Origin: an uncultured Clostridia bacterium
Lineage (GTDB): Bacteria > Bacillota > Clostridia > TANB77 > CAG-508
Assembly (NCBI GenBank): GCA_944393475.1
Contig: CALYAI010000002.1
Location: 1-39,798, forward strand
Reading direction: 5' to 3'
DNA: 39,798 nt
Below, one piece after another: positions 1 through 10,186 of the stretch (positions are counted from its first letter, which is position 1; each line of letters starts with the position of its first letter). A program made the position numbers and the translations under genes. The notes under the pieces are model-generated. The model had not been told where the DNA came from. It did not search any database and was given only the letters and a program-made list of their open reading frames with translations.

Positions 1-1112
1 GCTACTTTGTATGGAGCTACCTCTGGATGTAAATGTAATACTTCTCTTGTGTCTCCATCATCTAATTTTTCTTCTTCGTATGCATTACATAGAAATGCAA
101 GAAATACTCTACCTACTCCTAGTGATGGCTCGATTACATATGGAATATATTTTTCTTTTGTTTCTGGGTCTAGATATGTTAAATCTTGATTTGAATGTTC
201 CATATGTTGTTTTAAATCATAATCTGTTCTATCAGCAATTCCCCATAATTCTCCCCATCCAAATGGGAATGCAAATTCTATATCTGTTGTTGCTTTGCTA
301 TAGAATACTAATTCCTCTTTAGAGTGATCTCTTAAACGTATATTTTCTTTCTTAATACCTAAACTTAGTAACCAATTTTCGCAAAATTCTTTCCAGTATT
401 TATGCCATTCTAGATCTGTTCCCGGTACACAGAAAAATTCTAATTCCATTTGTTCAAATTCTCTTGTTCTAAATATAAAGTTTCCTGGAGTTATTTCATT
501 TCTAAATGCTTTTCCTATTTGTGCAATTCCCATAGGTATTTTCTTTCTAGATGTTCTTAAAACATTTTTAAAATCTACAAATATACCTTGGCATGTTTCT
601 GGTCTTAAATATATTTCTGCTGTTTTATCTTCTGTAACACCTTGGAATGTTTTATACATTAAATTAAATTTACGAATATCTGTAAAGTTTGATTTTCCAC
701 AGTTTGGGCAAGGTATTTTATTGTCTTTTATAAAATTTATTAATTCTTCATCACTCATACCATCTGCAATCATATCTTGTCCATGGTCATGAGCCCATTC
801 TTCTATTAATTTATCTGCTCTATGTCTTGTTTTACATTCTTTACAATCTATAAGTGGGTCAGAAAAACCTCCAACATGTCCTGAAGCAACCCAAGTCTCT
901 GGATTCATTAATATTGCTGCATCTAATCCTACAATATTTGGCTGTTCCTGAATAAATTTCTTTCTCCATGCATTTTTAATGTTGTTTAATAGTTCAGTTC
1001 CCAAAGGACCATAATCCCAAGAATTTGCTAGTCCTCCATAAATTTCTGATCCAGGATAAACATATCCTCTTGATTTGCATAACGCTACCATTTTTTCCAT
1101 TGAATCTACCAT
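1..1112 (-). CDS. glyQS: glycine--tRNA ligase (class II, single-chain GlyQS type); the 3' end runs off the window
   Basis: The reverse-strand translation from the ATG at 1112..1110 reads [38 protein letters not shown]..., a typical GlyQS N-terminus. The frame stays open to position 1. A T-box leader lies directly upstream. It is absent from the ORF track because it has no stop inside the window. Confidence 0.9.
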   Translation of the reverse strand, partial: MVDSMEKMVALCKSRGYVYPGSEIYGGLANSWDYGPLGTELLNNIKNAWRKKFIQEQPNIVGLDAAILMNPETWVASGHVGGFSDPLIDCKECKTRHRADKLIEEWAHDHGQDMIADGMSDEELINFIKDNKIPCPNCGKSNFTDIRKFNLMYKTFQGVTEDKTAEIYLRPETCQGIFVDFKNVLRTSRKKIPMGIAQIGKAFRNEITPGNFIFRTREFEQMELEFFCVPGTDLEWHKYWKEFCENWLLSLGIKKENIRLRDHSKEELVFYSKATTDIEFAFPFGWGELWGIADRTDYDLKQHMEHSNQDLTYLDPETKEKYIPYVIEPSLGVGRVFLAFLCNAYEEEKLDDGDTREVLHLHPEVAPYKV

Positions 1113-1159
1113 AATAAAACCTCCTAATACTTTATTTGCCAAGTACTAGAAGGTTTATA

Positions 1160-1350
1160 AATCTAAAAAACTTCCGTACCCAGCATATTAGCTAGGGACG
1201 AAAGTTATATTCCGCGGTTCCACCCTAATTGATAATTTTCATTATCCACTTCGTTTATTAGTGCTCCAAAGCTCCCCATATTTTTTAGTTATTAGTTTTC
1301 ACCAACCACTAACTCTCTTTAAACTTTCCAAATACTTTTTCTTTTTCATT
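1160..1350 (-). promoter_or_regulatory. T-box riboswitch leader (presumably glycine-specific) with an intrinsic terminator/antiterminator
   Basis: On the minus strand there are stem-I-like AGAGAG and GGTGAAA elements near 1290-1320. The conserved T-box sequence AATTAGGGTGGAACCGCGG lies at 1212-1230. A terminator hairpin follows, with arms at 1191-1204 and 1171-1184 and a T-run (complement of 1165-1170). It sits immediately 5' of glyQS. The specifier codon (GGA or GGG candidates in TATGGGGAGCTTTGGAGCAC) could not be fixed without folding. Confidence 0.85.
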
Positions 1351-1370
1351 GCACTTTATAAATTTATATA

Positions 1371-1399
1371 TGTATATCACATTTTTATTAAAATTTCAA
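1371..1399 (-). promoter_or_regulatory. putative sigma-A promoter for the T-box/glyQS transcript
   Basis: On the minus strand: -35 TTGAAA (1399-1394), a 17-nt spacer, then an extended -10 TGATATACA (1379-1371). Confidence 0.45.
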
Positions 1400-1404
1400 G
1401 ACTA

Positions 1405-1436
1405 ATAAAAAAATTCTTTTCAATTAACGAGAATTA
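1405..1436 (-). terminator. weak candidate terminator after the 712-aa gene
   Basis: A 6-bp AT-rich stem (AATTCT/AGAATT, 1430-1435 and 1412-1417) is followed by a T-run on the minus strand. The stem is short and the loop long. Confidence 0.25.
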
Positions 1437-3562
1437 TCTTTATTAAGACCTGTTTCTTGCCCTCTTAAAATTGATTCCATGCTTTCTATTTGATTCATTA
1501 TCTCACCTGTTCTTATTCTAGCTTTTGTAGCTTCAATACTTTTTGCTAAAAATCCACTATATCTTCTTTCTGTTAATTTTGCACTTACTAAATCAGTTAC
1601 ATTTTGTTTTAACTTAGATTTTTCACTTTCATCTTGCCCATAAAATGCTTTATCAATAAGCATTTCTGATAAACTCTGTGCTTCTGCTATTGGAATCTTT
1701 TCCCTTTTAAATGTTTTTGTTATTGCAAGATAATCTTCTACAAATCTATCATAATCTATTGAATCTGCATTTTTATGATCAGTTTCCTCATCACTTTCTT
1801 TTGAAGTCATATATTCTCCATATTCTATTTTAGAGTACATTTCATTGAATACAATCCTTCTAAAAAAGCTCTCTTTTACATCTTGAATATTTTCTCTTGT
1901 GGCTTGTATACTTCCATTTGTAATTCTAAATCGTTTAATTTCTGTAGACAATAATTTATCTGTTTCTGTTGCATCATCTATTCCTATAAATGTTTCTTGT
2001 TCATCACTAGCCAATATAACTCTATATATTCTATCAGAACCTTTCACTTCATTTGGAAGTCCATCCCTACCTATGCATAATCTAACACTAACTCTTCCTT
2101 CTGGTGAAAAGTCTGTAACTCTATTTAATGATAGCTTGTCTAATTGACCAGTATCATTATTTAGTATATACATATTCATTTCGCCTGTATCACTTTGTAC
2201 TTCTATAAATCCCCTTGTGTCTTTTACATTTAGTTCATAGTAATTAGAAATTCTCTTTTCTTCTTCATTTTTTGCCTCAATTGATTGGAAACTCGCTAAA
2301 ACTCTACCATATTTTTGTGCTATATCCAATACCATTCTAGAGTCCTCCGGCAAGTTGTAAAAATCAATTTTCTTTATTGCATCTTCTATTTCTTCCTGTG
2401 CCATATTAGTTGCTCTTGCAATATTTCCAATTTTATTTAGTCTTTCGATATCGGTATGCCAAGGTTCTTCTTCATCTTCCTCCAAGAAGCCTTGTAATAA
2501 TTTTTCTTTAGCATTAAGATTTAATGATCTATATGGCTCTTCATCTTGATTTATTTTTCTATATTCTACTTCACCATTAGAAACTCCTTCGTTTATTGCT
2601 CCAATTATTTGAGTAGTGATTTTAAATTCTACCTCTTCTTTATTATTCTCTGGTAGACCAATTAATAGATGACTATTTTTTATTAGACTTTTTATAGTTC
2701 CTTTCAACTCTTTTTCAAAACATTTGCTACTTCTTTTTTGATCAAGATGTAATGCTTTACAAGTAGAATTATATTCTATATTAACTCCAATTATTTCATT
2801 TATGAAAGATTCAAAATCAACCTTTCCATCTTTAATATAATGCAAATCTTTAATTTGTCCCTTTTTAAATTCAAAATAAGCACTTACTAATGATTCTATT
2901 CCATATTGCATTTCTCTATTTGCAATATATTCATCTGCTTTTCCTGTAGAAAATAATAATTTATTTACTTCAGAGAAATGTTTATTTATTTCGTCTAAAT
3001 AATATCTCATTGTTGGGTTGTCTTTTCCTGCAGTCATTTGCAGATACTTTTCAAAACCTATGCCACTAGTAATATAATATTTTATTAATTGATCAGGATA
3101 CATTGCATATAGTAAAGATGCTATACTTACATTTTTATCATATGCACATTTACTTTCTCCAAATAATTTTATTGTGAAAAATTCTGTAATTCCTTCTACA
3201 AAAAAATCGTTAAAAATTTTGCCCCTTGATACTGCATGAAAAATCTCATGTCCTACAACTCTTTTATCTTTTCTTAAACTTTTAAGTACCCTTACTCTTG
3301 ATCTTCCGGTTTTTTTATCCGTATCCTGCTCACCAACAGCTATATTTCTTAAGTTTCCTTTTTCATCACTAAAGCTCCATACGGATTTTACTATTATTCT
3401 TCTAGAAAGAGGTCTAAATTGGTTATCTAATACCCATTGTTTAAATCCTCTTTCTCCTAAGAAATTATATATATCGCTAAATATATCTATAGTAACTTCT
3501 TTCATTTTTCTTTCAATTTGCTTATTTTCTTTTACACTTGCTCTTATTTGACTTTTTTCCAT
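1424..3562 (-). CDS. large hypothetical protein (712 aa) with an N-terminal zincin-like HExxH motif
   Basis: The ORF is long and uninterrupted in AT-rich DNA. A GAAGGA RBS lies 5 nt before the ATG. HEIFH at aa 105-109 (nt 3236-3250) is followed by FFVEGITEFF, a gluzincin / peptidase-MA-like arrangement. No signal peptide or TM segment is visible. The rest is helical and charged, with no motif I recognise. Confidence 0.6.
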   Translation of the reverse strand: MEKSQIRASVKENKQIERKMKEVTIDIFSDIYNFLGERGFKQWVLDNQFRPLSRRIIVKSVWSFSDEKGNLRNIAVGEQDTDKKTGRSRVRVLKSLRKDKRVVGHEIFHAVSRGKIFNDFFVEGITEFFTIKLFGESKCAYDKNVSIASLLYAMYPDQLIKYYITSGIGFEKYLQMTAGKDNPTMRYYLDEINKHFSEVNKLLFSTGKADEYIANREMQYGIESLVSAYFEFKKGQIKDLHYIKDGKVDFESFINEIIGVNIEYNSTCKALHLDQKRSSKCFEKELKGTIKSLIKNSHLLIGLPENNKEEVEFKITTQIIGAINEGVSNGEVEYRKINQDEEPYRSLNLNAKEKLLQGFLEEDEEEPWHTDIERLNKIGNIARATNMAQEEIEDAIKKIDFYNLPEDSRMVLDIAQKYGRVLASFQSIEAKNEEEKRISNYYELNVKDTRGFIEVQSDTGEMNMYILNNDTGQLDKLSLNRVTDFSPEGRVSVRLCIGRDGLPNEVKGSDRIYRVILASDEQETFIGIDDATETDKLLSTEIKRFRITNGSIQATRENIQDVKESFFRRIVFNEMYSKIEYGEYMTSKESDEETDHKNADSIDYDRFVEDYLAITKTFKREKIPIAEAQSLSEMLIDKAFYGQDESEKSKLKQNVTDLVSAKLTERRYSGFLAKSIEATKARIRTGEIMNQIESMESILRGQETGLNKDNSR

Positions 3563-3584
3563 ATCATTCCTTCTTTAAATGTTT

Positions 3585-3887
3585 TTATTTCATGAATGTA
3601 AGATAAATTACAAGCACTATTTCTGTTAATAAGATTGTTGGAAAACCTATAGTGAATTTTAGCTTTTTAGTTTTGTGTCTAAATGCATACATTCCAACTA
3701 TTCCTCCTACTCCACCGCCTAATAGAACTAGAGTAAATAGTCCTGCTTCACTAATTCTCCATTCTCCTTTTTGTGCTCTTCTTTTATCCCACCACATTGC
3801 CAAAAAAGCTAGTAAATTTATACCTATTAAATATATTAAAATATTTTTTGGTGTTAATATTGCTTTTAATAATAATTCGTAATCCAA
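3585..3887 (-). CDS. DUF1294-family small membrane protein
   Basis: MWWDKRRAQKGEWRISEAGLFTLVLLGGGVGGIVGMYAFRHKTKK matches the DUF1294 signature. The start is TTG with a GGAGGAAG RBS 6 nt upstream. Confidence 0.75.
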   Translation of the reverse strand: MDYELLLKAILTPKNILIYLIGINLLAFLAMWWDKRRAQKGEWRISEAGLFTLVLLGGGVGGIVGMYAFRHKTKKLKFTIGFPTILLTEIVLVIYLTFMK

Positions 3888-3904
3888 TATATTCTTCCTC
3901 CATA

Positions 3905-6900
3905 TTAAGCAAATAAACTCATTTGATTACTTTCTGTCATTCCTTTTAAACATCCTGCATTTCTTAAAAGATCTATTACTGAACTTCCTGCTTTTGCCCT
4001 CATTCTTATATCATCTATACACATAAATGGTTCTTCTTCCCTTGCTTTTACAATGCTGTCAGCCGCAACAGTTCCAAGTCCAGGAATACTATTTAATGGT
4101 GGTCTTATTCCATCTTCTTCTGCTATAAATTTTGTTGAATGTGACTTATATAAATCTATTGGTAGAAAATTTATTCCTCTTTCATACATTTCTAGTACTA
4201 ACTCTAATATTGCATACATGTTTTTATCCTTTGTTGTTGCAGAGTTTCCTGCTAGATCAATTTCTTTCATCTTATTTATTACTTTTTCTTTTCCATGGCA
4301 CATTATGTCACTGTCAAATTCATCGGCTCTTATTGTAAAATATGCTGTATAATATGCTTTTGGCTCATGAACTTTAAACCATGCAATTCTAAATGCATTT
4401 GTAACATAAGCTGCTGCATGTGCTTTTGGGAACATATATTTTATTTTTTCACAAGATTTTACATACCAATCTGGTACATCGTGTTCTTTCATTTCTTCTT
4501 TATAGTGATCCCACTTTGGTTCCTTACCTTTTGCAACCTTTCCTTTACGTACAGATTCCATTATTTTAAATGCATCATTTGGTGGTAATCCTTTTTTTAT
4601 TAAATATATCATTATATCATCACGACAACATATTGCCTGTGACAATGTAACTGTTCCTTCATCTATTAAAGTTTGTGCATTTCCAAGCCATACATCTGTA
4701 CCATGTGATAGTCCAGATATACGAATTAATTCATCAAATCTTTTCGGTCTTGTATCTACCAACATTCCTCTTACAAATTTAGTTCCAAACTCTGGAATTC
4801 CATAGCTTCCAACTTCTGAATGTATTTGCTCAGGAGTTACTCCTAAAGCTTTAGTTGAACTAAATATTGACATTGTATCTTTGTCATCTAAAGGAACTTT
4901 TGTTGGATCCACTCCTGTAATATCAAATAACATTCTTATCATTGTTGGATCATCATGACCAAGTATATCTAACTTAAGTAAGTTCTGATCTATTGAGTGA
5001 TAATCGAAATGTGTTGTTATAATATCTGAATTCGGATCATCCGCTGGATGCTGTACAGGTGTAAATTCATATATTTCTCTACCTTTTGGTACAACTATAA
5101 TTCCTCCCGGATGTTGACCTGTTGTCCTTTTTATTCCTGTACAACCTTGTGAAATTCTTGCAACTTCTGCATTTGCAACTGGTATGTTTCTTTCTTCGTA
5201 ATATTTTTTTACATATCCAAAAGCTGTTTTATCTGCAACTGTACCAACAGTTCCAGCCTTAAATGTTGTCCCTTTACCAAATATTACTTCTGTATATCTG
5301 TGTGCTTTTGCCTGGTATTCTCCGGAGAAATTTAAGTCTATATCTGGTTCTTTATCTCCATTAAAACCTAAGAATGTTTCAAACGGTATATCCATACCAT
5401 CTTTTACCATTTTAGCACCACATTTTGGACAATCTTTATCCGGCAAATCGAATCCATTCTCATAACCATAGTCCGTAAAATCTGAATATTTACAATTTGG
5501 ACATCTATAATGTGGTGGAAGTGAATTAACCTCTGTTATTCCTGTCATGTTGGCAACAAATGATGAACCAACAGATCCTCTTGAACCAACTATATATCCA
5601 TCTTCATTTGATTTCCAAACTAGTTTTTGTGCAATTATATACATAACGGAGAAGCCATTTGATATAATTGAATTTAACTCTTTATCCAATCTCTCTTTAA
5701 CTATTTCTGGAAGCGGATCACCATATAATTCGTGTGCTTTTGAATATGCAATTTCCTTTATCGTTTCTTCGCATCCAGGTATATGTGGTGGACATTTTTC
5801 TGGCGAAATTGGGCTTATCCAATCACACATATCCGATACTTTGTTAGTATTTGTAACAACAACTTCATATGCTTTTTCTTTTCCTAAATATTCAAATTCT
5901 TTTAACATTTCTTCTGTTGTTCTTAGATACAATGGTGCTTGCTCATCAGCATCATCATATCCCTGTCCTGCTTGTAACATTCTTCTATATATTTCATCTT
6001 CTGGATCCATAAAATGTACATCACATGTTGCAACAACTAACTTGTTTAATTTTTCTCCTATTTCTACTATTTTTCTATTAATATTTTTTAGTCCTTCTTC
6101 ATCTGCAACAGTTCCATTTTTTACCAAGAATTCATTGTTTCCTAATGGTTGAATTTCTAAATAATCATAGTCTTTTGCAATTTCTTCTATTTCTTCATCA
6201 GTCTTTCCTTTTTCTATGGCTTGATATAGCTCTCCTGCTTCACAAGCACTTCCTAAAATTAAACCTTCAGAATATTTTTTATATATTGATTTTAATATTC
6301 TTGGTTTTTTGTAAAAATAGTCCAAATGTGAAATAGAAATTAATTTATATAAATTTTTTAGTCCAACATAATTAGTAGCAAGTATTATAGCATGATATGT
6401 AGGTAGTCTTTTGTAATCTGCTTCTCCTGCAATCTTTTTAGTTATGTCATCAAGTGTTTTTACATCTTTTTCTTTTAACATTTTTATCATTACATTTAAG
6501 ACTTTTACTGTAGTATCCACATCATCTAGGGCTCTATGGGCTACTTCTACCTTTATTCCTAGTTTTTCTGCAATTAGTCCTAATTTATATTTTTTAAAGT
6601 CTGGGAATAGATCTTTTGCCAATCTTAATGTGTCCAAATATGTATTTTCCAAACTTAATCCAAGCTCATTTGCATTATATTTTAAAAATCCAATATCAAA
6701 ATCTGCATTATGTGCAACCAAAACAGAATCTCCAACAAACTCTATTATTTTAGGCATTACTTTATCTATTGTTTCTGCATCCTTTACCATGTCATCCGTA
6801 ATATTAGTAACCTCTACAACTCTTTGTGGTATAGGCTTTTCTGGATTTACAAAACATGAAAACTCATCTATTACTTCTCCATTTTTTACTTTCATTATTC

Positions 6901-8635
6901 CAACTTCTGTAATTTTTTCTGTTCTAAATGAAAATCCTGTTGTTTCTAAATCCAATACACAATATGTTGTATCTATGCTCTGTCCTTTAGAAAAAGATAC
7001 TGGTGATACTTTATCTGGAGCAAGATATGCTTCTACACCATATATTATTTTTATATCATGATTATCAAAACCTAATAATTTATGAGCTTCTGGAAATGAT
7101 TGAACAACTCCATGGTCAGTTATTGCAATTGATTTCATTCCCCATTTCATAGCTCTTTTTATTAAATCTGTAGCAGAAGTTATACCATCCATTTGACTCA
7201 TCTTCGTATGCATGTGAAGTTCAACTCTTTTTTCTTCTGCATTGTCCATTCTTATTTCCTTTTTAGGTGGTTCTATTTCCACTATTGTATATGCCATAAC
7301 AGTAAGTTCATGTGAAAAAGAATCCATTTGTGCAGTTCCTGCTATCTTTATAGCTTTTGCACTTTTTATTCTTCCCATAACTTTCTTAGCATTTTTCTTA
7401 TCCAAAAATGCCTTACATGTTAAAGTACTTGTTCCATCATACAAATCAAAGCTGAATAAAACTCTTCCAGATTTTAATTCTCTATCTTCTGAATTGATTA
7501 CTTCTCCTTCTAGTGAAACTTTTTTATCATCAACACCTAGATTTTTAATTTTTACAAGTGGTTCATTTATATTTAATGAATTTCCTAAAATTAATGGCGA
7601 ACTATTATCTTCTTCTGGAAGCTCAGGTACTTCTGCATCTGTTTCTATAACAGAATTTGCTATTATTGTTACATCTCCTGCAAATGTATCTAATCCTGCT
7701 CTTCCTATCACTTTTATTGCTTTCGCTTTTTCTAATTTTTCTAGTATTTCTGTTCCTTCTTCTGGCGTAGAAAAAGATTTGCAAGTCATAATTCCTGTAC
7801 CATCATAGATATCCATAATTATCATTTTCTTGCCAGATTTTGTATCTCTTGAATCTAATTCTGCTATTCGACCTTCTATTGTAACTTTTCCAGAATTAGC
7901 ATTAATATCTTTTATTTTTACTCTATTCTCTTTTGCCTTTGATGGTTTTCCAATAATGTATTCAATATTATTTTCTGTAAATTCTCTTGGATCCAATCCT
8001 GGTTCTTCTGTCTCTTCAGGCGGAATATCTGCATCTGTTGGCATCGGTATCTCTGCAGCTTGTTCTTTAATTTTTTGCATTTCTTCTATTCTGCTTTTTA
8101 TAAGTTTTTCTTCTAATATCCTATTACTAGCTTCTATTTTTTCTAGTTCTTCTTTGTTTATTTCTTCCTCTAAATTTATTTTATATTCTTTGCAAAAAAG
8201 ATTTTTAATTGTTATCTCTACTTGTTTATCTGTTTTTCTGCTCCTTAAAAAATCCGCACCCTTTATGTGCATCTTTACATTTATAATATTTTCTTTAACA
8301 TCAATTGTACTTTTCATTAACAAAATAGGCTTCATTAATGGATGTTTATGGGCCATATAGCAAATAATATTTGCCCATTCATCTTTAATTTGTGGAATTT
8401 CTGTGTCTTCATCATATTTAAATATAATCTCCACATCTTTTATTTTAAATCTTTCCATTAAATATTTTTCAAAATCCCAAATATCTTTTATTTGCACAAA
8501 TTTATCGCTCACTAATTCGAGTGTTATTTTGCTTATTTTTTTATGTATTTCTATCTTGCAAATATAACACTCCTGTATTTGGGAACTGCTTTTATAATCA
8601 CTAAATATTTCTTTAATTTTCTTTAAGCTTTCCAA
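3905..8635 (-). CDS. polC: DNA polymerase III, PolC type (Gram-positive replicative polymerase), 1576 aa
   Basis: It contains a PHP motif (VELHMHTKMSQMDG), a DEDD exonuclease (VLDLETTGF...AHNADFDIGFL), polymerase core motifs and a zinc-finger CPNCKY...CPKCG. The start is TTG with an AGGAG RBS. The OB domain is present twice (see findings). Confidence 0.97.
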   Translation of the reverse strand: MESLKKIKEIFSDYKSSSQIQECYICKIEIHKKISKITLELVSDKFVQIKDIWDFEKYLMERFKIKDVEIIFKYDEDTEIPQIKDEWANIICYMAHKHPLMKPILLMKSTIDVKENIINVKMHIKGADFLRSRKTDKQVEITIKNLFCKEYKINLEEEINKEELEKIEASNRILEEKLIKSRIEEMQKIKEQAAEIPMPTDADIPPEETEEPGLDPREFTENNIEYIIGKPSKAKENRVKIKDINANSGKVTIEGRIAELDSRDTKSGKKMIIMDIYDGTGIMTCKSFSTPEEGTEILEKLEKAKAIKVIGRAGLDTFAGDVTIIANSVIETDAEVPELPEEDNSSPLILGNSLNINEPLVKIKNLGVDDKKVSLEGEVINSEDRELKSGRVLFSFDLYDGTSTLTCKAFLDKKNAKKVMGRIKSAKAIKIAGTAQMDSFSHELTVMAYTIVEIEPPKKEIRMDNAEEKRVELHMHTKMSQMDGITSATDLIKRAMKWGMKSIAITDHGVVQSFPEAHKLLGFDNHDIKIIYGVEAYLAPDKVSPVSFSKGQSIDTTYCVLDLETTGFSFRTEKITEVGIMKVKNGEVIDEFSCFVNPEKPIPQRVVEVTNITDDMVKDAETIDKVMPKIIEFVGDSVLVAHNADFDIGFLKYNANELGLSLENTYLDTLRLAKDLFPDFKKYKLGLIAEKLGIKVEVAHRALDDVDTTVKVLNVMIKMLKEKDVKTLDDITKKIAGEADYKRLPTYHAIILATNYVGLKNLYKLISISHLDYFYKKPRILKSIYKKYSEGLILGSACEAGELYQAIEKGKTDEEIEEIAKDYDYLEIQPLGNNEFLVKNGTVADEEGLKNINRKIVEIGEKLNKLVVATCDVHFMDPEDEIYRRMLQAGQGYDDADEQAPLYLRTTEEMLKEFEYLGKEKAYEVVVTNTNKVSDMCDWISPISPEKCPPHIPGCEETIKEIAYSKAHELYGDPLPEIVKERLDKELNSIISNGFSVMYIIAQKLVWKSNEDGYIVGSRGSVGSSFVANMTGITEVNSLPPHYRCPNCKYSDFTDYGYENGFDLPDKDCPKCGAKMVKDGMDIPFETFLGFNGDKEPDIDLNFSGEYQAKAHRYTEVIFGKGTTFKAGTVGTVADKTAFGYVKKYYEERNIPVANAEVARISQGCTGIKRTTGQHPGGIIVVPKGREIYEFTPVQHPADDPNSDIITTHFDYHSIDQNLLKLDILGHDDPTMIRMLFDITGVDPTKVPLDDKDTMSIFSSTKALGVTPEQIHSEVGSYGIPEFGTKFVRGMLVDTRPKRFDELIRISGLSHGTDVWLGNAQTLIDEGTVTLSQAICCRDDIMIYLIKKGLPPNDAFKIMESVRKGKVAKGKEPKWDHYKEEMKEHDVPDWYVKSCEKIKYMFPKAHAAAYVTNAFRIAWFKVHEPKAYYTAYFTIRADEFDSDIMCHGKEKVINKMKEIDLAGNSATTKDKNMYAILELVLEMYERGINFLPIDLYKSHSTKFIAEEDGIRPPLNSIPGLGTVAADSIVKAREEEPFMCIDDIRMRAKAGSSVIDLLRNAGCLKGMTESNQMSLFA

Positions 8636-8646
8636 TTTTGCATCTC

Positions 8647-9132
8647 CTATTTGTTATCCGCTGTTTTCTCTCCCATTATTTTTAATATTTTTTCATATAT
8701 CATTTTTACATTTTTAACATCATGTATTATTATTAATCTTTTTGTTATTTTTTTATCATCTGTATAAATTACTATATTTCCTATTTTAAATAATGTCTGC
8801 AAAAATGTTTGACCATATTTAATTTGTGTCATATTTACATATTTTACTGTTTGCAAATCATCATTAATTTTATTATTATATTCCAATCTATCACTATAAA
8901 AGTTATAAATACTATTTCTATATTTAATTCTATTATATAAAACACTTATAATTAAATATAATAAATATATAACTAATATTGCTATCCCATACCCAACTAA
9001 TTGATTTTCCGCTATTAATACCCCAACAATTAGAAGTATTATTAATAATGTTGTTACATGGTTATATAAAAAATTAAATAATACATTATATTTTATTTTT
9101 AATGATAATAGTGGTCTTCCTTTTTTCTCCAT
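8647..9132 (-). CDS. membrane protein with two N-terminal TM helices and a bacterial PH-like (YdbS/YdbT-type) C-terminal domain
   Basis: Two hydrophobic segments (LLIILLIVGVLIA, YGIAILVIYLLYLIISVLY) precede an ~85-aa soluble domain. This architecture is typical of bPH_2 proteins. The family call rests on architecture only. Confidence 0.45.
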   Translation of the reverse strand: MEKKGRPLLSLKIKYNVLFNFLYNHVTTLLIILLIVGVLIAENQLVGYGIAILVIYLLYLIISVLYNRIKYRNSIYNFYSDRLEYNNKINDDLQTVKYVNMTQIKYGQTFLQTLFKIGNIVIYTDDKKITKRLIIIHDVKNVKMIYEKILKIMGEKTADNK

Positions 9133-9148
9133 TTTTAGTACCTCTTCT

Positions 9149-10186
9149 TTAAAAAATTCTTGTTATATCTTTATATGAAATAACTATCGAAAGTGAAATT
9201 AAAATTATAAATCCTGCCATTTGTATTCCTAATTCCAATTCTTCCTTCATAGGTTTTCGTCTAATTGCTTCTATTAATAAAATTAATAATTTTCCACCAT
9301 CCAAAGCAGGAATCGGTAATAAATTAGTAACTCCAAGTGATATAGAAATTATTGCAAGTAAATATATAAATTCTACCAATCCAGTTGTTTGTGATACTAC
9401 ACTAGAAATTCCAACAGGTCCCATCATTTGATCCAAACCTACATTACCTGTAAATAACATTTTTATGCTTTCTAGTATTGATCCTAAAAACTCCCCTGTC
9501 CTATAAAAAGCATAATATATATTATTTGCAAAATTGTTTTCTGCCATTTTAAAGTTAATTCCTAAATAATATACTGGAATATCTCCAAGTACACTTGTAT
9601 CTTCTGTTTCTTTTTGTGTCGGTGTTAGCTTTATCTCTTCCTCTTTTCCATCTCTTTCTATCTGTATTAGCAATTCTTCTCCATTCGATTGCTGTACAAT
9701 TTTATCTATATCTGCTTTTGTTTTAATATCTTTGCCATTAATTCTTTTTATTTCGTCTCCTGCAATAATTCCAGATTGTTCTGCTGCAAAACCTTCTACA
9801 GTTGAATCTACTACTGTAGAAACATTATTACCAATTGAAGCAATTATTATAAAAAATACTAATATACCAAAAACAATATTTACGATTGCTCCTGCTGCAA
9901 CTATTGCCATTCTCTTTGGTATACTTGCATTATTAAAAGCTCTTTTATCGTCTGATTTTGTCTCTTCTCCCTCTAATCTTACAAAACCACCAAGTGGAAT
10001 TAATCTTAGTTCATACTTAGTTTCTTTTCCCTGTTTTGTTAAAATTTTTGGTCCAAATCCAATTGCAAATTCATGAACCTTTACTTTAAATAGTTTTGCA
10101 ATAAAAAAATGTCCTGCTTCGTGTATTAAAATTAAAAAACCTAATAGAAAAATTATTTTAATTGCATTAATCAAAAAAACTATCAA
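9149..10186 (-). CDS. rseP: RIP (site-2) zinc metalloprotease RseP/RasP
   Basis: HEAGHFF (HExxH) lies in TM1, followed by a central PDZ-like segment and NLLPIPALDGG. It sits in its conserved position after cdsA. The start is TTG with a GGAGG RBS. Confidence 0.9.
   Translation of the reverse strand: MIVFLINAIKIIFLLGFLILIHEAGHFFIAKLFKVKVHEFAIGFGPKILTKQGKETKYELRLIPLGGFVRLEGEETKSDDKRAFNNASIPKRMAIVAAGAIVNIVFGILVFFIIIASIGNNVSTVVDSTVEGFAAEQSGIIAGDEIKRINGKDIKTKADIDKIVQQSNGEELLIQIERDGKEEEIKLTPTQKETEDTSVLGDIPVYYLGINFKMAENNFANNIYYAFYRTGEFLGSILESIKMLFTGNVGLDQMMGPVGISSVVSQTTGLVEFIYLLAIISISLGVTNLLPIPALDGGKLLILLIEAIRRKPMKEELELGIQMAGFIILISLSIVISYKDITRIF

Noticed and set aside
5547-8360. Four long plus-strand ORFs (176-205 aa) lie antisense to polC. 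All are in the same frame.
   Set aside because: Their products are low-complexity and rich in Ser/Phe/Ile, and I saw no RBS. They lie wholly inside a highly conserved gene. They are shadow ORFs in a frame where stops require specific sense-codon junctions.
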